From contig CAIXUZ010000060.1 of NCBI GenBank assembly GCA_903922735.1, forward strand, positions 239,883-263,882: DNA of 24,000 nucleotides. Direction: 5' to 3'. Position numbers and translations under genes: made by a program. The notes under the pieces were generated by a model. It did not search any database and was not told the DNA's origin. It was given only the letters and a program-made list of their open reading frames with translations. Positions 15,294-24,000 of the stretch are shown in pieces (within the stretch, counting starts at the first letter, position 1; the number at the start of each line of letters is the position of its first letter). The DNA comes from an uncultured Verrucomicrobia subdivision 3 bacterium. GTDB taxonomy: Bacteria; Verrucomicrobiota; Verrucomicrobiia; Limisphaerales; UBA11358.

Positions 15294-17435
15294 TTAAGCC
15301 TTGGGCGCTTCGGCCGCCGCGGCTTCCTTGTCGCGGTCTTCCATCGCGGCTTTGCGCGAGAGGCGGACGCGGCCTTTTTCATCCACGCCGAGGCATTTTA
15401 CGGTGATGTCATCGCCGACCTTGCAGATGTCTTCCGTGTTCTTCACGCGGAAGTTCGCCAGTTCGCTGATGTGCACCAGGCCGTCCTTGCCCGGGAGGAA
15501 TTCGACGAACGCGCCGAATTCTTTCACGGTCACCACCTTGCCGCGGTAAATCTTGCCGATTTCCGCTTCCGCCGTGCAGCCGGTGATGGCGTCCACGGCG
15601 ATCTTCATGCCCTCCGCCGAGACGGAGAAAATGTTGACCGTGCCGTCGTCCTCGATGTCGATTTCGCAGCCGGATTCCTCGACGAGGCGCTTGATGTTCT
15701 TGCCGCCGGGCCCGATGATCGCGCCGATCTTCTCGGGGTTGATCTTGAGCGTGGTGATGCGCGGGGCGTATTTGCTGATGTCCTTGCGCGGCTCGGCAAT
15801 GGTCTTGGCCATCTCGGCGAGAATCGCGAGGCGGGCAATGCGGGCTTTTTCCACCGCAATGTCCATGATGGCATGCGGGAGGCCTTTGAGCTTCAAGTCG
15901 AGCTGGAAGCCGGTGATGCCCTTCTCGGTGCCGGCAATTTTGCAGTCCATGTCGCAATACGCGTCTTCCCAGCCGATGATGTCGGTGAGGAGCTGGTATT
16001 TGGAGATGGTGTTGCCGCTGTATTCCGTGCAGATGCCGACGCTGATGCCGGCCACCGGGCGGATCATCGGGACACCGGCGTCGAGCAGCGCGAGCGTGCC
16101 GCCGCAGACGGATGCCATGGAGGTGGAACCGTTGGATTCCATGATTTCGCTGGTGACGCGAATGGTATAGGGATAATTCGCCGTCGGAATCATGGATTCA
16201 ATCGATCGTTCGGCGAGGGCGCCGTGGCCGATTTCGCGGCGGCCGGGACCGCTGATGCGGCCGGTTTCGCCGACGGAGAAATTCGGGAAGTTGTAGTGCA
16301 GGATGAATTTCTTCTCGTTCGAGCCGCCGGTGTAGGAATCAAATTCCTGCGTGTCATCGCCGGTGCCGAGCGTGACGAGCGAAACGGCCTGCGTTTCGCC
16401 GCGGGCAAACAAGGCCGAGCCGTGCGCGCGGGGCAGGATGCTGACTTCGCTGGAGATCGGGCGGACCTGTTCAAAATTACGGCCGTCGAGACGCTTGCCG
16501 CTTTCGAGGATCAATTTGCGGACGGCTTCCTTCTGGATGTAGTAGAAAGCGTCGTTGATGACGAAGGGCGTGACTTTTTCGGCGCCGTATTTGGCGACGA
16601 GCTTTTCGCCGACTTCGTTCTTGATGGCGTTGCACGCGGCTTCGCGGTTGAGCTTGCCGGGCAGGAGCAGCGCGGGGACGAAACGGTCGCCGGCGAGGGC
16701 TTTCGCATCGGCGAGAATTTCGTCGGGGACGATCTTGAGCGTGATTTCGCGCTTTTTCTTGCCGACTTTCGCGACGAGTTCCTTCTGCGCCGCGATGATC
16801 GGCTGGATGGCTTCCTGGGCGAATTTCAAAGCCGCGCTGAAGTCGGCTTCAGAAATTTCCTTGGCCGCGCCTTCATACATGACGATGTCTTTTTCGTTGC
16901 CGACATAGACAAGATCGAGATCGCTCTCGGCCTGCTCGGCGTGCGTGGGGTTCGCCACGAACTTGCCACCGATGCGGCCGATGCGCGCCGCCCCGAGCGG
17001 GCCGGCCCACGGAATGTCGGAAACCATCAACGCGGCGCTCGCGCCGACGATGCTCAAAATATCGGGATCGTTCTCGCCGTCCGCGCTCAGCAGCACGGTC
17101 TGGACCTGGACTTCGTTATACCAGCCCTTCGGAAAGAGCGGGCGGATCGGGCGGTCGGTGAGGCGGCAGGTGAGAATTTCCTTTTCCGTCGGACGGCCTT
17201 CGCGCTTGAAATAGCCGCCGGGGAATTTGCCGGCCGCGGCCGCCTTTTCGCGATAGTCCACGGTGAGCGGGAAGAAGTCCTGGCCTTCCTTGGCCTTGGT
17301 CGCGGCCACGGCGGCCACGATGACGATGGTTTCGCCCATCTGGACGGTCACGGCTCCGTCCGCCTGCTTGGCCAATTTGCCGGATTCAATAATGATCTGT
17401 TTGTCGCCGATGGCGGCGGTAATTTTCTCTGACAT
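15294..17435 (-). CDS. pnp: Polyribonucleotide nucleotidyltransferase (PNPase)
   Basis: The 713-aa protein has two RNase PH-like halves, a KH region ([27 protein letters not shown]) and a C-terminal S1 domain ([20 protein letters not shown]). It shows the canonical rpsO-pnp arrangement. The antisense ORF 15471..17432 is an artefact. Confidence 0.95.
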   Translation of the reverse strand: MSEKITAAIGDKQIIIESGKLAKQADGAVTVQMGETIVIVAAVAATKAKEGQDFFPLTVDYREKAAAAGKFPGGYFKREGRPTEKEILTCRLTDRPIRPLFPKGWYNEVQVQTVLLSADGENDPDILSIVGASAALMVSDIPWAGPLGAARIGRIGGKFVANPTHAEQAESDLDLVYVGNEKDIVMYEGAAKEISEADFSAALKFAQEAIQPIIAAQKELVAKVGKKKREITLKIVPDEILADAKALAGDRFVPALLLPGKLNREAACNAIKNEVGEKLVAKYGAEKVTPFVINDAFYYIQKEAVRKLILESGKRLDGRNFEQVRPISSEVSILPRAHGSALFARGETQAVSLVTLGTGDDTQEFDSYTGGSNEKKFILHYNFPNFSVGETGRISGPGRREIGHGALAERSIESMIPTANYPYTIRVTSEIMESNGSTSMASVCGGTLALLDAGVPMIRPVAGISVGICTEYSGNTISKYQLLTDIIGWEDAYCDMDCKIAGTEKGITGFQLDLKLKGLPHAIMDIAVEKARIARLAILAEMAKTIAEPRKDISKYAPRITTLKINPEKIGAIIGPGGKNIKRLVEESGCEIDIEDDGTVNIFSVSAEGMKIAVDAITGCTAEAEIGKIYRGKVVTVKEFGAFVEFLPGKDGLVHISELANFRVKNTEDICKVGDDITVKCLGVDEKGRVRLSRKAAMEDRDKEAAAAEAPKA

Positions 17436-17450
17436 AACTGCTTTCTTTCA

Positions 17451-17517
17451 CCGCCTCCCGAGGAACTTCAGTGAACCCCGAAAGATTTCGGAGCTGAATG
17501 AAATTTCCCGAAGGCGG
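17451..17517 (-). promoter_or_regulatory. Long imperfect hairpin in the pnp 5' leader (possible processing/autoregulation site)
   Basis: The outer arms CCGCCT (17451-17456) / AGGCGG (17512-17517) enclose further partial complementarity (GGAA/TTCC, CTTCAG/CTGAA) and an inner CCGAAA..TTTCGG element. Pairing was judged by eye only. Confidence 0.3.
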
Positions 17518-17574
17518 AATTTTTACGCGAGGTTTTGGTGGTGGAATCGGGGCGTTCGCGCGGACAACCAAATT

Positions 17575-17620
17575 CCAAAAACGAAAGGCGGGCTTGTAGT
17601 TAGAAAAAACCGCGCCTTCC
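17575..17620 (-). terminator. Terminator/attenuator hairpin downstream of rpsO
   Basis: On the minus strand, GGAAGGCGCGG pairs with CCCGCCUUUC (about 10 bp, one bulge, one G.U). The loop is 17 nt. GUUUUUGG follows. The large loop lowers confidence. Confidence 0.5.
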
Positions 17621-17634
17621 GTAAATTGATTAAC

Positions 17635-17892
17635 TTACCGGCGCAGCTTGAGCTTCTTGGTGACGTCCTGATAACGGCTCACATCCGCATCCTTGAGGTA
17701 GTCAAGCAGGCGGCGGCGCTGGCCGACCATCATCAGCAAACCACGGCGGGAGCTGTGATCTTTCTTGGCAGTCTGCAAATGCTCGGTCAAATGGTTGATG
17801 CGCTGGGTGAGCAGCGCGATTTGCACATCGGCGGAACCGGTGTCCTTGGCGTGCGTCTTGAATGTTTCAATCGTCTTGGTCTTCGCTTCCAT
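17635..17892 (-). CDS. rpsO: 30S ribosomal protein S15
   Basis: The 85-aa protein carries [23 protein letters not shown]...[23 protein letters not shown], the hallmark S15 sequence. Confidence 0.95.
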   Translation of the reverse strand: MEAKTKTIETFKTHAKDTGSADVQIALLTQRINHLTEHLQTAKKDHSSRRGLLMMVGQRRRLLDYLKDADVSRYQDVTKKLKLRR

Positions 17893-17912
17893 AAATATTA
17901 AATGAGCTCGGG

Positions 17913-17941
17913 AAGATAATTATTTGCTTTAACGGTGTAAA
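17913..17941 (-). promoter_or_regulatory. Candidate sigma70-type promoter for rpsO
   Basis: On the minus strand TTTACA (17941-17936) is followed by a 17-nt spacer and TATCTT (17918-17913). The site lies about 20 nt upstream of the rpsO ATG in an A/T-rich gap. This is a pattern match only. Confidence 0.3.
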
Positions 17942-17946
17942 GCGAA

Positions 17947-19353
17947 TTAAGCCGCCATTTTTGATTGTTTCCACACAAACTGACGGCGGGTCTGCCCGGT
18001 CAGCTTGAATTTTTCGCCGATGCGCAGGCCCTCCACCCAGAAAATTTCGCCGGTGCCCGTCGTGGCCAAAACCAGTTCGCGACGCCGCGCGGCGGGAATT
18101 TTGGCGTTCATGAACAAATCCTGCAACTTCACCGCCGACTTTAAGCCGATCGGCTGGAAGCGATCACCCGCACGCCAGTGGCGCAATATGATTTCGCCGC
18201 CGATTTTGTCCGCATCGAAAAACTCTGTCTGGTGGGGCGAGCGTCCCCGCGAGCCGCTGTATTTTTTCACCGCCCAGTAAATTTCCAGAGCACCCAACTC
18301 AAACCGCCCCGCCCTGCCCGATAACTTAATTTTCAATTCATCCGCGTTGAATGCAGCCGCCGCATGCTTCCGTAACGTGATCTTCCCGTCCCCGTTGCGG
18401 GCGATGGACAAACCGGAACCGACACTCACAAATTTCCCGGGCGACTGGCGCAATTGCTCGATCAACTCAAAATCCGCAGGCATGCCCGCCGGGATAAGTT
18501 GTCGCTGTAAAACTTTACGTTGCACGGCGACGGATAACTGGTCAAAACCGTTTACGCTTTCCGCTTTACGCTTTACGCTTTTGTTTTCAAGCCAGTTCCG
18601 CGCCGCAGCGCTGGCAAATTCCGCCTCGGCACCAACAATTTCCATCAGGCGCAAAACGGTCTTTTCCACGCCCCGCTGGTAGTTTTTCCGCAGCCGGGGC
18701 AACAGATCATTCCGGATCCGGTTGCGCAGATAATCCGCAGAATCATTCGAGGCGTCGTGGCGGAACCGCATTTTATTTTCCCGCGCCAGTACCAGCAGTT
18801 CCGCCTTGGTCAAGCCCAGCAGCGGGCGGACGAGTGAGATTTTTTTGTCCACCGGCGAGGATGATCGCCATTTCATGCCCGCCAGACCTTCGCCGCCGGA
18901 ACCGCGCAGCCAGCGCAGGAAAAAAAGCTCCACCTGATCATCCGCATGGTGCGCCAGAGCCACAACGGAAAGCTTTTCCTGCCGCGCCACGCGGGCAAGA
19001 AATTCATGGCGCAGATTGCGGGCAGCCATTTCGACGGAGAGCTTTGACTGCACAGCCAAACCGAAAACATCGCCCCGGCCGCTAAAGAACGGCAGCCCCA
19101 TTTTTTTTGCGGTCTGGCGGACGAAGGCTTCATCGGCATCACTGGCCCGGCCCCGCAGGCGGTGGTTGAAATGCGCGACCGAAAGGCTCCAGCGATTTGC
19201 CTGGGCAAGAACGTGGAGTGCGTGCAGCAAAACCATCGAGTCCACGCCGCCGGAGACGGCGACGAGGATTTTCTGCTCACGCGGAAGCAACCGGCGCTGC
19301 TGAATCGAGGCTTCCACCCGCTGGAGGATGTGGCTCACGCAACCAGCTTGCAT
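17947..19353 (-). CDS. tilS: tRNA(Ile)-lysidine synthetase
   Basis: The PP-loop motif ILVAVSGGVDSMVLLH lies near the N-terminus. The protein is 468 aa and has the typical TilS C-terminal region (RHWRAGDRFQPIGL). Confidence 0.85.
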   Translation of the reverse strand: MQAGCVSHILQRVEASIQQRRLLPREQKILVAVSGGVDSMVLLHALHVLAQANRWSLSVAHFNHRLRGRASDADEAFVRQTAKKMGLPFFSGRGDVFGLAVQSKLSVEMAARNLRHEFLARVARQEKLSVVALAHHADDQVELFFLRWLRGSGGEGLAGMKWRSSSPVDKKISLVRPLLGLTKAELLVLARENKMRFRHDASNDSADYLRNRIRNDLLPRLRKNYQRGVEKTVLRLMEIVGAEAEFASAAARNWLENKSVKRKAESVNGFDQLSVAVQRKVLQRQLIPAGMPADFELIEQLRQSPGKFVSVGSGLSIARNGDGKITLRKHAAAAFNADELKIKLSGRAGRFELGALEIYWAVKKYSGSRGRSPHQTEFFDADKIGGEIILRHWRAGDRFQPIGLKSAVKLQDLFMNAKIPAARRRELVLATTGTGEIFWVEGLRIGEKFKLTGQTRRQFVWKQSKMAA

Positions 19354-19385
19354 TTTTTTGATGCGCCGGGCAAGGGCGCGCGGTA

Positions 19386-22300
19386 TCAGGGGGCCCGTTT
19401 CAGCCGGTAGAAACGCAACATAAAGTTTGTGGCCTGCAGGTCGGTAAACTGCCAGGTGCCGCTGGCATCAAGAGTGTTGGTGGCCGCCGGCAGCCAGGTG
19501 GCAGGGTAGAGTTCCTCCGTGATTTCCAGAATGTATTGGCGCCCCGGGGTGCCGCCGAGTTGCAAAGTCACGCCACCATTGCCAGCAAGCACAACGCCGG
19601 AGATAATTGGCACGGGGTCGCGGACAATGACCGTGCGGCTGGCCATGTTGGTGTTGCCGCTGCCGTCGTTGGCGGTGTAGCTCAGCTGATTCGTGCCGGC
19701 GGTGTTGGTGTTGACCGTGCCGCTGACGCTGACAGGCACTACACCGGCACAAGTATCAACCGCGGTCGCGCCGGGATCGGTGAACGTGCTGCCGAGGTCG
19801 AGATACAATGGATTGCTGCCATTGAGCGTGATGACCGGCGGCGTCTGATCCCGCACGACGATGCGGTTGGTCGAATAGGCGGCGTTGCCGGAGGCGTCTT
19901 TTATGATGATCACGACCGGGTTGGTTCCAAGTGACAAAACCGCAGCGTTAGTCGGGCTTTGAAAAATTGTCAGCGCGCCGGAAAAATCAACGGCGCGAAT
20001 ACAGTTGGTTCCGGTGACATCCGGCATGACCGCGCTGCAATTCGTGTCCGCCGCCACCACGAGATTCGTGAAGCTCCACAAAATTGTCGGCGGCGTGGTG
20101 TCGCGCACGATGACCGTGCGCATGGCGGTGTTGGTGTTGCCGCTGCCGTCCACGGCCGTATAAGTCAGCAGGTTGGTGCCCAGAGCATTGACATTGACTG
20201 TGCCGTTCGTCGTCAAAAGCGCGAGTCCGGTACAAGTATCACTGGCGCTAACGCCCGGATCAACGAACGCAGCGCCCAATTCATTCGTCAGCGGGTTGAA
20301 ACCGTTGAGCACGATGACCGGCGGCGTCTGGTCGCGCACGATAACGCGGTTGGTGGAATAAGTTTTGTTGCCGGAGCCGTCGGCCACGGTGATGACCACC
20401 GCGTTGGTGCCCAGCTGCAAAATTGCATTATTGGTTGGACTTTGCGTTATCGTCAGCACCCCGGACAAATCGGTGGCGTTGACAAAATTGGTCCCGGTTA
20501 CATCCGGCATGACGGCGCTGCAATTTGTGTCCGCCGCCACCACCAGATTCGTGAAGCTCCAAAGGATCACGGGCGGCGTGGTGTCTCGAACCATGACGGT
20601 GCGCGTGGCGGTGTTGGTGTTGCCGCTGCCATCAGTGGCCGTGTAAGTCACGGTGTTCGTGCTGATGGCACCGGTATTGACGGGGCCAGCGATATTGACG
20701 GCCATCAAACCGGCGCAGAGATCATAAGCTGCCGCGCCCGGCTCGGTGTAAACGCCGCCCAATTCGATGTAAAAGGGATTGGTGCTGTTGAGCGTGATGA
20801 CCGGCGGCCGGGTGTCAAACACATTCAGGACCGCGTTGCTCGTGACGCTGCTGTAAAGGTTGGTGACGGTGACGGCGACGGTGTGGCTGGATGAAGTCAG
20901 ATTGGTGAGGCCGAAGCTGCTGTTGGTCGCGCCGGTGACGGGCGAACCGTCCAAATTCCATTGGATGCTCAAAGGCGACGTGCCGGCAGCGGTGATGGAA
21001 AAAATGTTGGTGTTCACGCCACACTCGCCGGTGCGGTTGGAGATGGAACTGGCGGTGATGGTCGGCGGCAACACCACGGTCAATGTGGCGACGGAACTGG
21101 TGATGGAGCCGTAGGCGTTGGTGACAACGAGGGTGTAGTTGCCGCTGTTGGCGGGCGTGATGCCGGTCAGGTTCAGGACATTCGTGGTCGCACCGGAAAC
21201 CCCGGAGCCGTTGGCGAGATTGATGCCGTTAGTGCGCCATTGATACGCCAGCGGCGGCGTGCCGGTGGCAGCGGCGGTAAAGGCGACATTGCCGCCGGCC
21301 AAGCCGGTTTGGCTGATGGGCGGCTGCGGGATGGCTGGCAAATTGACCGGCGTGACGGAAATGTCGTCGAGAGCAAACGAACGCGAAAAACTCGAAGCGG
21401 AGTTCAATCCAAACTGGAGCGGGGTGTTCGTGCTGGTGGCGGTGACGATGAATTTCTGGTTGTTCCAAGTAGTGGGCGGAGCAGTGGTGCTATAGACGGT
21501 GGAACCATTCCAATTCGCTTGGAACGATTGCCCGGTTCGAGTGCTTGAGACCAAAAACCAAAATGAAAGCTGGTAGGTTTGCCCCGGAACCGTGGGTAAA
21601 TTCTGGGTAATATAGCCCAGGGAATTTGCCGTCGCCTTGAGGCCATAAGCGCCGGAATGGACATAGCTCGTCGAACTGCTTACCGCAAAGGAACTTGAAC
21701 CCCCTGACAACGCCCAGCGGGTGAAATCGCCGGTTTCAAACCCGCCGTTCTGGACGATGTTCTGTCCAACCGCTATGGAAAAAAGCAGGCTTTGCGTCAG
21801 GTGACTGGACTGGTTTGAAAGCACGAGGGTCGCGGTGTAAATATTGCTGGATAAAGTTGCCATGCTGGCGTTGGTGGCAACAGTCACGGAAACCGAACTG
21901 TTGCCGCCCAGGGTTCCGCTGCTGGCGGAAACCGAGAGCCAGGCGGAAGTGTTGATGAGGCTCCAAGCTACCGCGCTGGCGGACAGGTTGGTGAACACAA
22001 CGGCTTGGGAACCGGGGTTGAACGGCCCGCCCACCGCTCCAGCGGCGGTGAATCCGTTGGTGGTCAGCAGCAGCAGCGAGTCGATAATTTGAATTGTAAA
22101 TTGGCGGCTTTGAAGAACGCCGCTGGTCTGATTCGAGAAACCAACCGTCGCGGTATAATTTCCAGGTGCGAAGCCATTGGCGACGGAGTTCAAACTGATG
22201 ATCACGGTGGTTTGCCCGGCAGGCGCCAGAGTGCCGCTGCTGGAAGAGACATTGAGCCAGGCCGACGTGTTAATAACCGACCAGTCGAATGAGGCAACGT

Positions 22301-24000
22301 CGGAATTGGTGAGCGTAAAAATTTGGGATGCGGGTGAGAACGGACCGCCAGCCAGTCCGCTTGAGGAAAATCCAATCGCCGGTGCAACCCCCAGTGAGTC
22401 GGCGGTGCCGGCCAGCGCATCGATCAAGGTCTGGCCGTTAGGCGTGCCCCAGCCGGTGCAAAGATCAAAGCCGGCCACGGCCGGATAATTGCCCGAACTG
22501 CCGGACCATGAGTTGTCCCCCGTCATGATGTCGTGAAAACAGGTGGCGTAACCGAAATTCGGATTCAAGCCTTTGCCGATGGCATAAATTGCCGGGTTAA
22601 TGAACCCGGCGGGCGGATTGCCGATACTCGCCGCCTGTTGATTGACGAGCGCCATAAAACCAGCCCACAACGGCGCGGCGCAACTGGTGCCGCTGGCGAT
22701 TTCCTGCTTGTTCGTGTCGGCGATGATAAACACATTCTTCCCTGTCAGCGCCACATCCGGCAAATTGCGCCTCGCCGTCGAGCCTAGATTGGCGGTCATG
22801 CTGATGCCTTGCTGCCAGCCCGGAATGGCGTACGTGGGGCTCACGCCGCCGCTGCTGCCCCAGTTGCCGCCGTTGGGGTTGACGGTGCGGTCGTTCCAAA
22901 CCGTTTCCGAAACATAGGCGCCGCCGGCACTGGCGGTGGACAACACCGTGCCTCCGACCAACGTTATGTTCGTATTATCCAATAGGAACGGGATGGAAGT
23001 GGTGTAGGCATCATTATCCCCGGAGGCGCAAAAAAACGACTGCCCCTGCGCGGCCATCTGCTTGAAAATTCCGTCCACGGCGGGGTCGGAAGCACCGCCG
23101 CCCCAGGAGCAGCTGATTTGTTTTGCCAGATTATCATTGGCGATGCGGCTCAGAATCGTTGACCAGGCGGTCGAACCATTGGGCGCCTCATAAACATAAA
23201 TTTTGGAAACACCCGGTGCCATCGCGATGACCATTTCTATGTCCAGACAGACTTCACCGTTGCCCGCGCCGGGAATGGAAACCCCGCCATTCACCGGCAC
23301 GTTGGTGATACTGATGGGATAACCCGTCAAGCCGGCCTGGCTGATATAAGCCGCGATGTCGTTGGAAACATAACCATCAAATTGCAGGAGGGCGACGTTT
23401 TGTCCGGTGCCCGTCAAACTCACTCCCGGCACATAAGCCGCCCGAAAATCTCCGCCCATATAGCTGCCACTGGTGCCCGACCCGGCGTTGGGAACCGCGC
23501 CGGAGGCGGCAATCGGTCGTTCGATTCTTGAATTCGGATGTGGCAGGGAGAAATTATCCAAACCGCTGACGTGCAAAATCGGCAATGCTGAATCAACGGT
23601 GGGTTCGGCGTCCGGCGCAAAAAATTCTCGCGGTTCGTCCGGATGGTCGTACCGGTTCAGCTTGATTTGAAAAGCCTGCTCGATGTTTGCCACGCTGCCT
23701 GCCACATCCAGCACCTGCCGGTTGGAATGTTCACCGGTGATTTTGAAACCCTTTGCCAGCGCAAAATTTCTTACCGCCGCATAATCCGCCTCGGTCGCGC
23801 TGAAACGCGCCGCGAATTCCTCCGGCGTCAAAAAGTGACGGTAATGGGCGCTGGCCGGACTGTAAACGTCCGCCAGAAACTGATCCAGCCCCGCCGGATC
23901 GCGCAGCGGCACGCCGATGGCCAGAGGCAGTTCGTCGGTGCCCGGCAGACGGCCCTTCGGCGTAAATTGCGACCCCGCCGCCGGCACATGACCGCGCAGA
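19386..24000 (-). CDS. Giant secreted S53 (sedolisin/kumamolisin-type) peptidase with multiple beta-sandwich/Ig-like/DUF5011- and HYR-like modules; N-terminus outside window
   Basis: The frame stays open to the window edge (…LRGH upstream of the tracked GTG at 23987). A pro-kumamolisin-type activation domain is present (SPASAHYRHFLTPEEFAARF). Catalytic motifs are GEVCLDIEMV and SGTSCAAPLW (Ser codon 22683-22685). Downstream lie two WxxINTSAWL...GNYTATV-type beta-sandwich repeats, a lectin/CBM-like module (NIVQNGGFETGDFTRW) and Ig I-set-like repeats (YQWRTNG...NSGNYTLVVTNAYG). These are followed by alternating DUF5011-like/HYR-like modules and a ~75-aa C-terminal domain. Confidence 0.85.
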   Translation of the reverse strand, partial: LRGHVPAAGSQFTPKGRLPGTDELPLAIGVPLRDPAGLDQFLADVYSPASAHYRHFLTPEEFAARFSATEADYAAVRNFALAKGFKITGEHSNRQVLDVAGSVANIEQAFQIKLNRYDHPDEPREFFAPDAEPTVDSALPILHVSGLDNFSLPHPNSRIERPIAASGAVPNAGSGTSGSYMGGDFRAAYVPGVSLTGTGQNVALLQFDGYVSNDIAAYISQAGLTGYPISITNVPVNGGVSIPGAGNGEVCLDIEMVIAMAPGVSKIYVYEAPNGSTAWSTILSRIANDNLAKQISCSWGGGASDPAVDGIFKQMAAQGQSFFCASGDNDAYTTSIPFLLDNTNITLVGGTVLSTASAGGAYVSETVWNDRTVNPNGGNWGSSGGVSPTYAIPGWQQGISMTANLGSTARRNLPDVALTGKNVFIIADTNKQEIASGTSCAAPLWAGFMALVNQQAASIGNPPAGFINPAIYAIGKGLNPNFGYATCFHDIMTGDNSWSGSSGNYPAVAGFDLCTGWGTPNGQTLIDALAGTADSLGVAPAIGFSSSGLAGGPFSPASQIFTLTNSDVASFDWSVINTSAWLNVSSSSGTLAPAGQTTVIISLNSVANGFAPGNYTATVGFSNQTSGVLQSRQFTIQIIDSLLLLTTNGFTAAGAVGGPFNPGSQAVVFTNLSASAVAWSLINTSAWLSVSASSGTLGGNSSVSVTVATNASMATLSSNIYTATLVLSNQSSHLTQSLLFSIAVGQNIVQNGGFETGDFTRWALSGGSSSFAVSSSTSYVHSGAYGLKATANSLGYITQNLPTVPGQTYQLSFWFLVSSTRTGQSFQANWNGSTVYSTTAPPTTWNNQKFIVTATSTNTPLQFGLNSASSFSRSFALDDISVTPVNLPAIPQPPISQTGLAGGNVAFTAAATGTPPLAYQWRTNGINLANGSGVSGATTNVLNLTGITPANSGNYTLVVTNAYGSITSSVATLTVVLPPTITASSISNRTGECGVNTNIFSITAAGTSPLSIQWNLDGSPVTGATNSSFGLTNLTSSSHTVAVTVTNLYSSVTSNAVLNVFDTRPPVITLNSTNPFYIELGGVYTEPGAAAYDLCAGLMAVNIAGPVNTGAISTNTVTYTATDGSGNTNTATRTVMVRDTTPPVILWSFTNLVVAADTNCSAVMPDVTGTNFVNATDLSGVLTITQSPTNNAILQLGTNAVVITVADGSGNKTYSTNRVIVRDQTPPVIVLNGFNPLTNELGAAFVDPGVSASDTCTGLALLTTNGTVNVNALGTNLLTYTAVDGSGNTNTAMRTVIVRDTTPPTILWSFTNLVVAADTNCSAVMPDVTGTNCIRAVDFSGALTIFQSPTNAAVLSLGTNPVVIIIKDASGNAAYSTNRIVVRDQTPPVITLNGSNPLYLDLGSTFTDPGATAVDTCAGVVPVSVSGTVNTNTAGTNQLSYTANDGSGNTNMASRTVIVRDPVPIISGVVLAGNGGVTLQLGGTPGRQYILEITEELYPATWLPAATNTLDASGTWQFTDLQATNFMLRFYRLKRAP
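19612..20815. repeat. About 2.5 tandem copies of a ~480-bp intragenic repeat (DUF5011-like + HYR-like module pair)
   Basis: Compare 20031-20180 with 20511-20660, and also with 19600-19740. Long runs are identical, for example GTGTCCGCCGCCACCAC, GATTCGTGAAGCTCCA and GGCGGTGTTGGTGTTGCCGCTGCC. At protein level TTPPVILWSFTNLVVAADTNCSAVMPDVTGTN matches TTPPTILWSFTNLVVAADTNCSAVMPDVTGTN. Confidence 0.8.

Noticed and set aside
1-24000. Integron integrase, transposase, tRNA/rRNA genes
   Set aside because: I looked for them in all listed ORFs, and scanned for T-loop-like GGTTCGAATCC-type sequences. None was found. The cassette-like array therefore lacks a cognate integrase within this window.

Overview
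This is a G/C-rich bacterial chromosomal window. Its gene content (a DUF1573/cytochrome c fusion, a giant modular secreted peptidase) suggests a Verrucomicrobiota/Planctomycetota-like organism, but that is inference only. Plus strand, left to right: a tightly overlapping four-gene operon (1-6182) encoding a DUF2126-type putative amidoligase (5' end off-window), a fused circularly permuted ATP-grasp + alpha-E protein, and two transglutaminase-fold proteins. Then come satP/yaaH-type acetate channel, lysC, leuA, a DUF1573/di-CXXCH protein, bioB, an SGNH esterase and a small 96-aa ORF. An accessory-looking islet lies at about 13.5-15.3 kb. It holds ten phase-locked 21-bp tandem repeats and then two promoterless-looking ORFs separated by a 123-bp site with full integron attC architecture. 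The flanking core sites are complementary in the way integron cassette boundaries require, and no integrase is in the window (CALIN-like). Minus strand, right part: a giant S53 (sedolisin-type) peptidase with Ig-like/DUF5011/HYR-like repeats (N-terminus off-window), then tilS, rpsO and pnp. I also found a candidate Leu-rich leader peptide with mutually exclusive antiterminator/terminator hairpins directly upstream of leuA. I saw no rRNA, tRNA, CRISPR array, transposase or integrase. All family assignments come from reading the translations and remembered motifs; no searches or folding programs were run.
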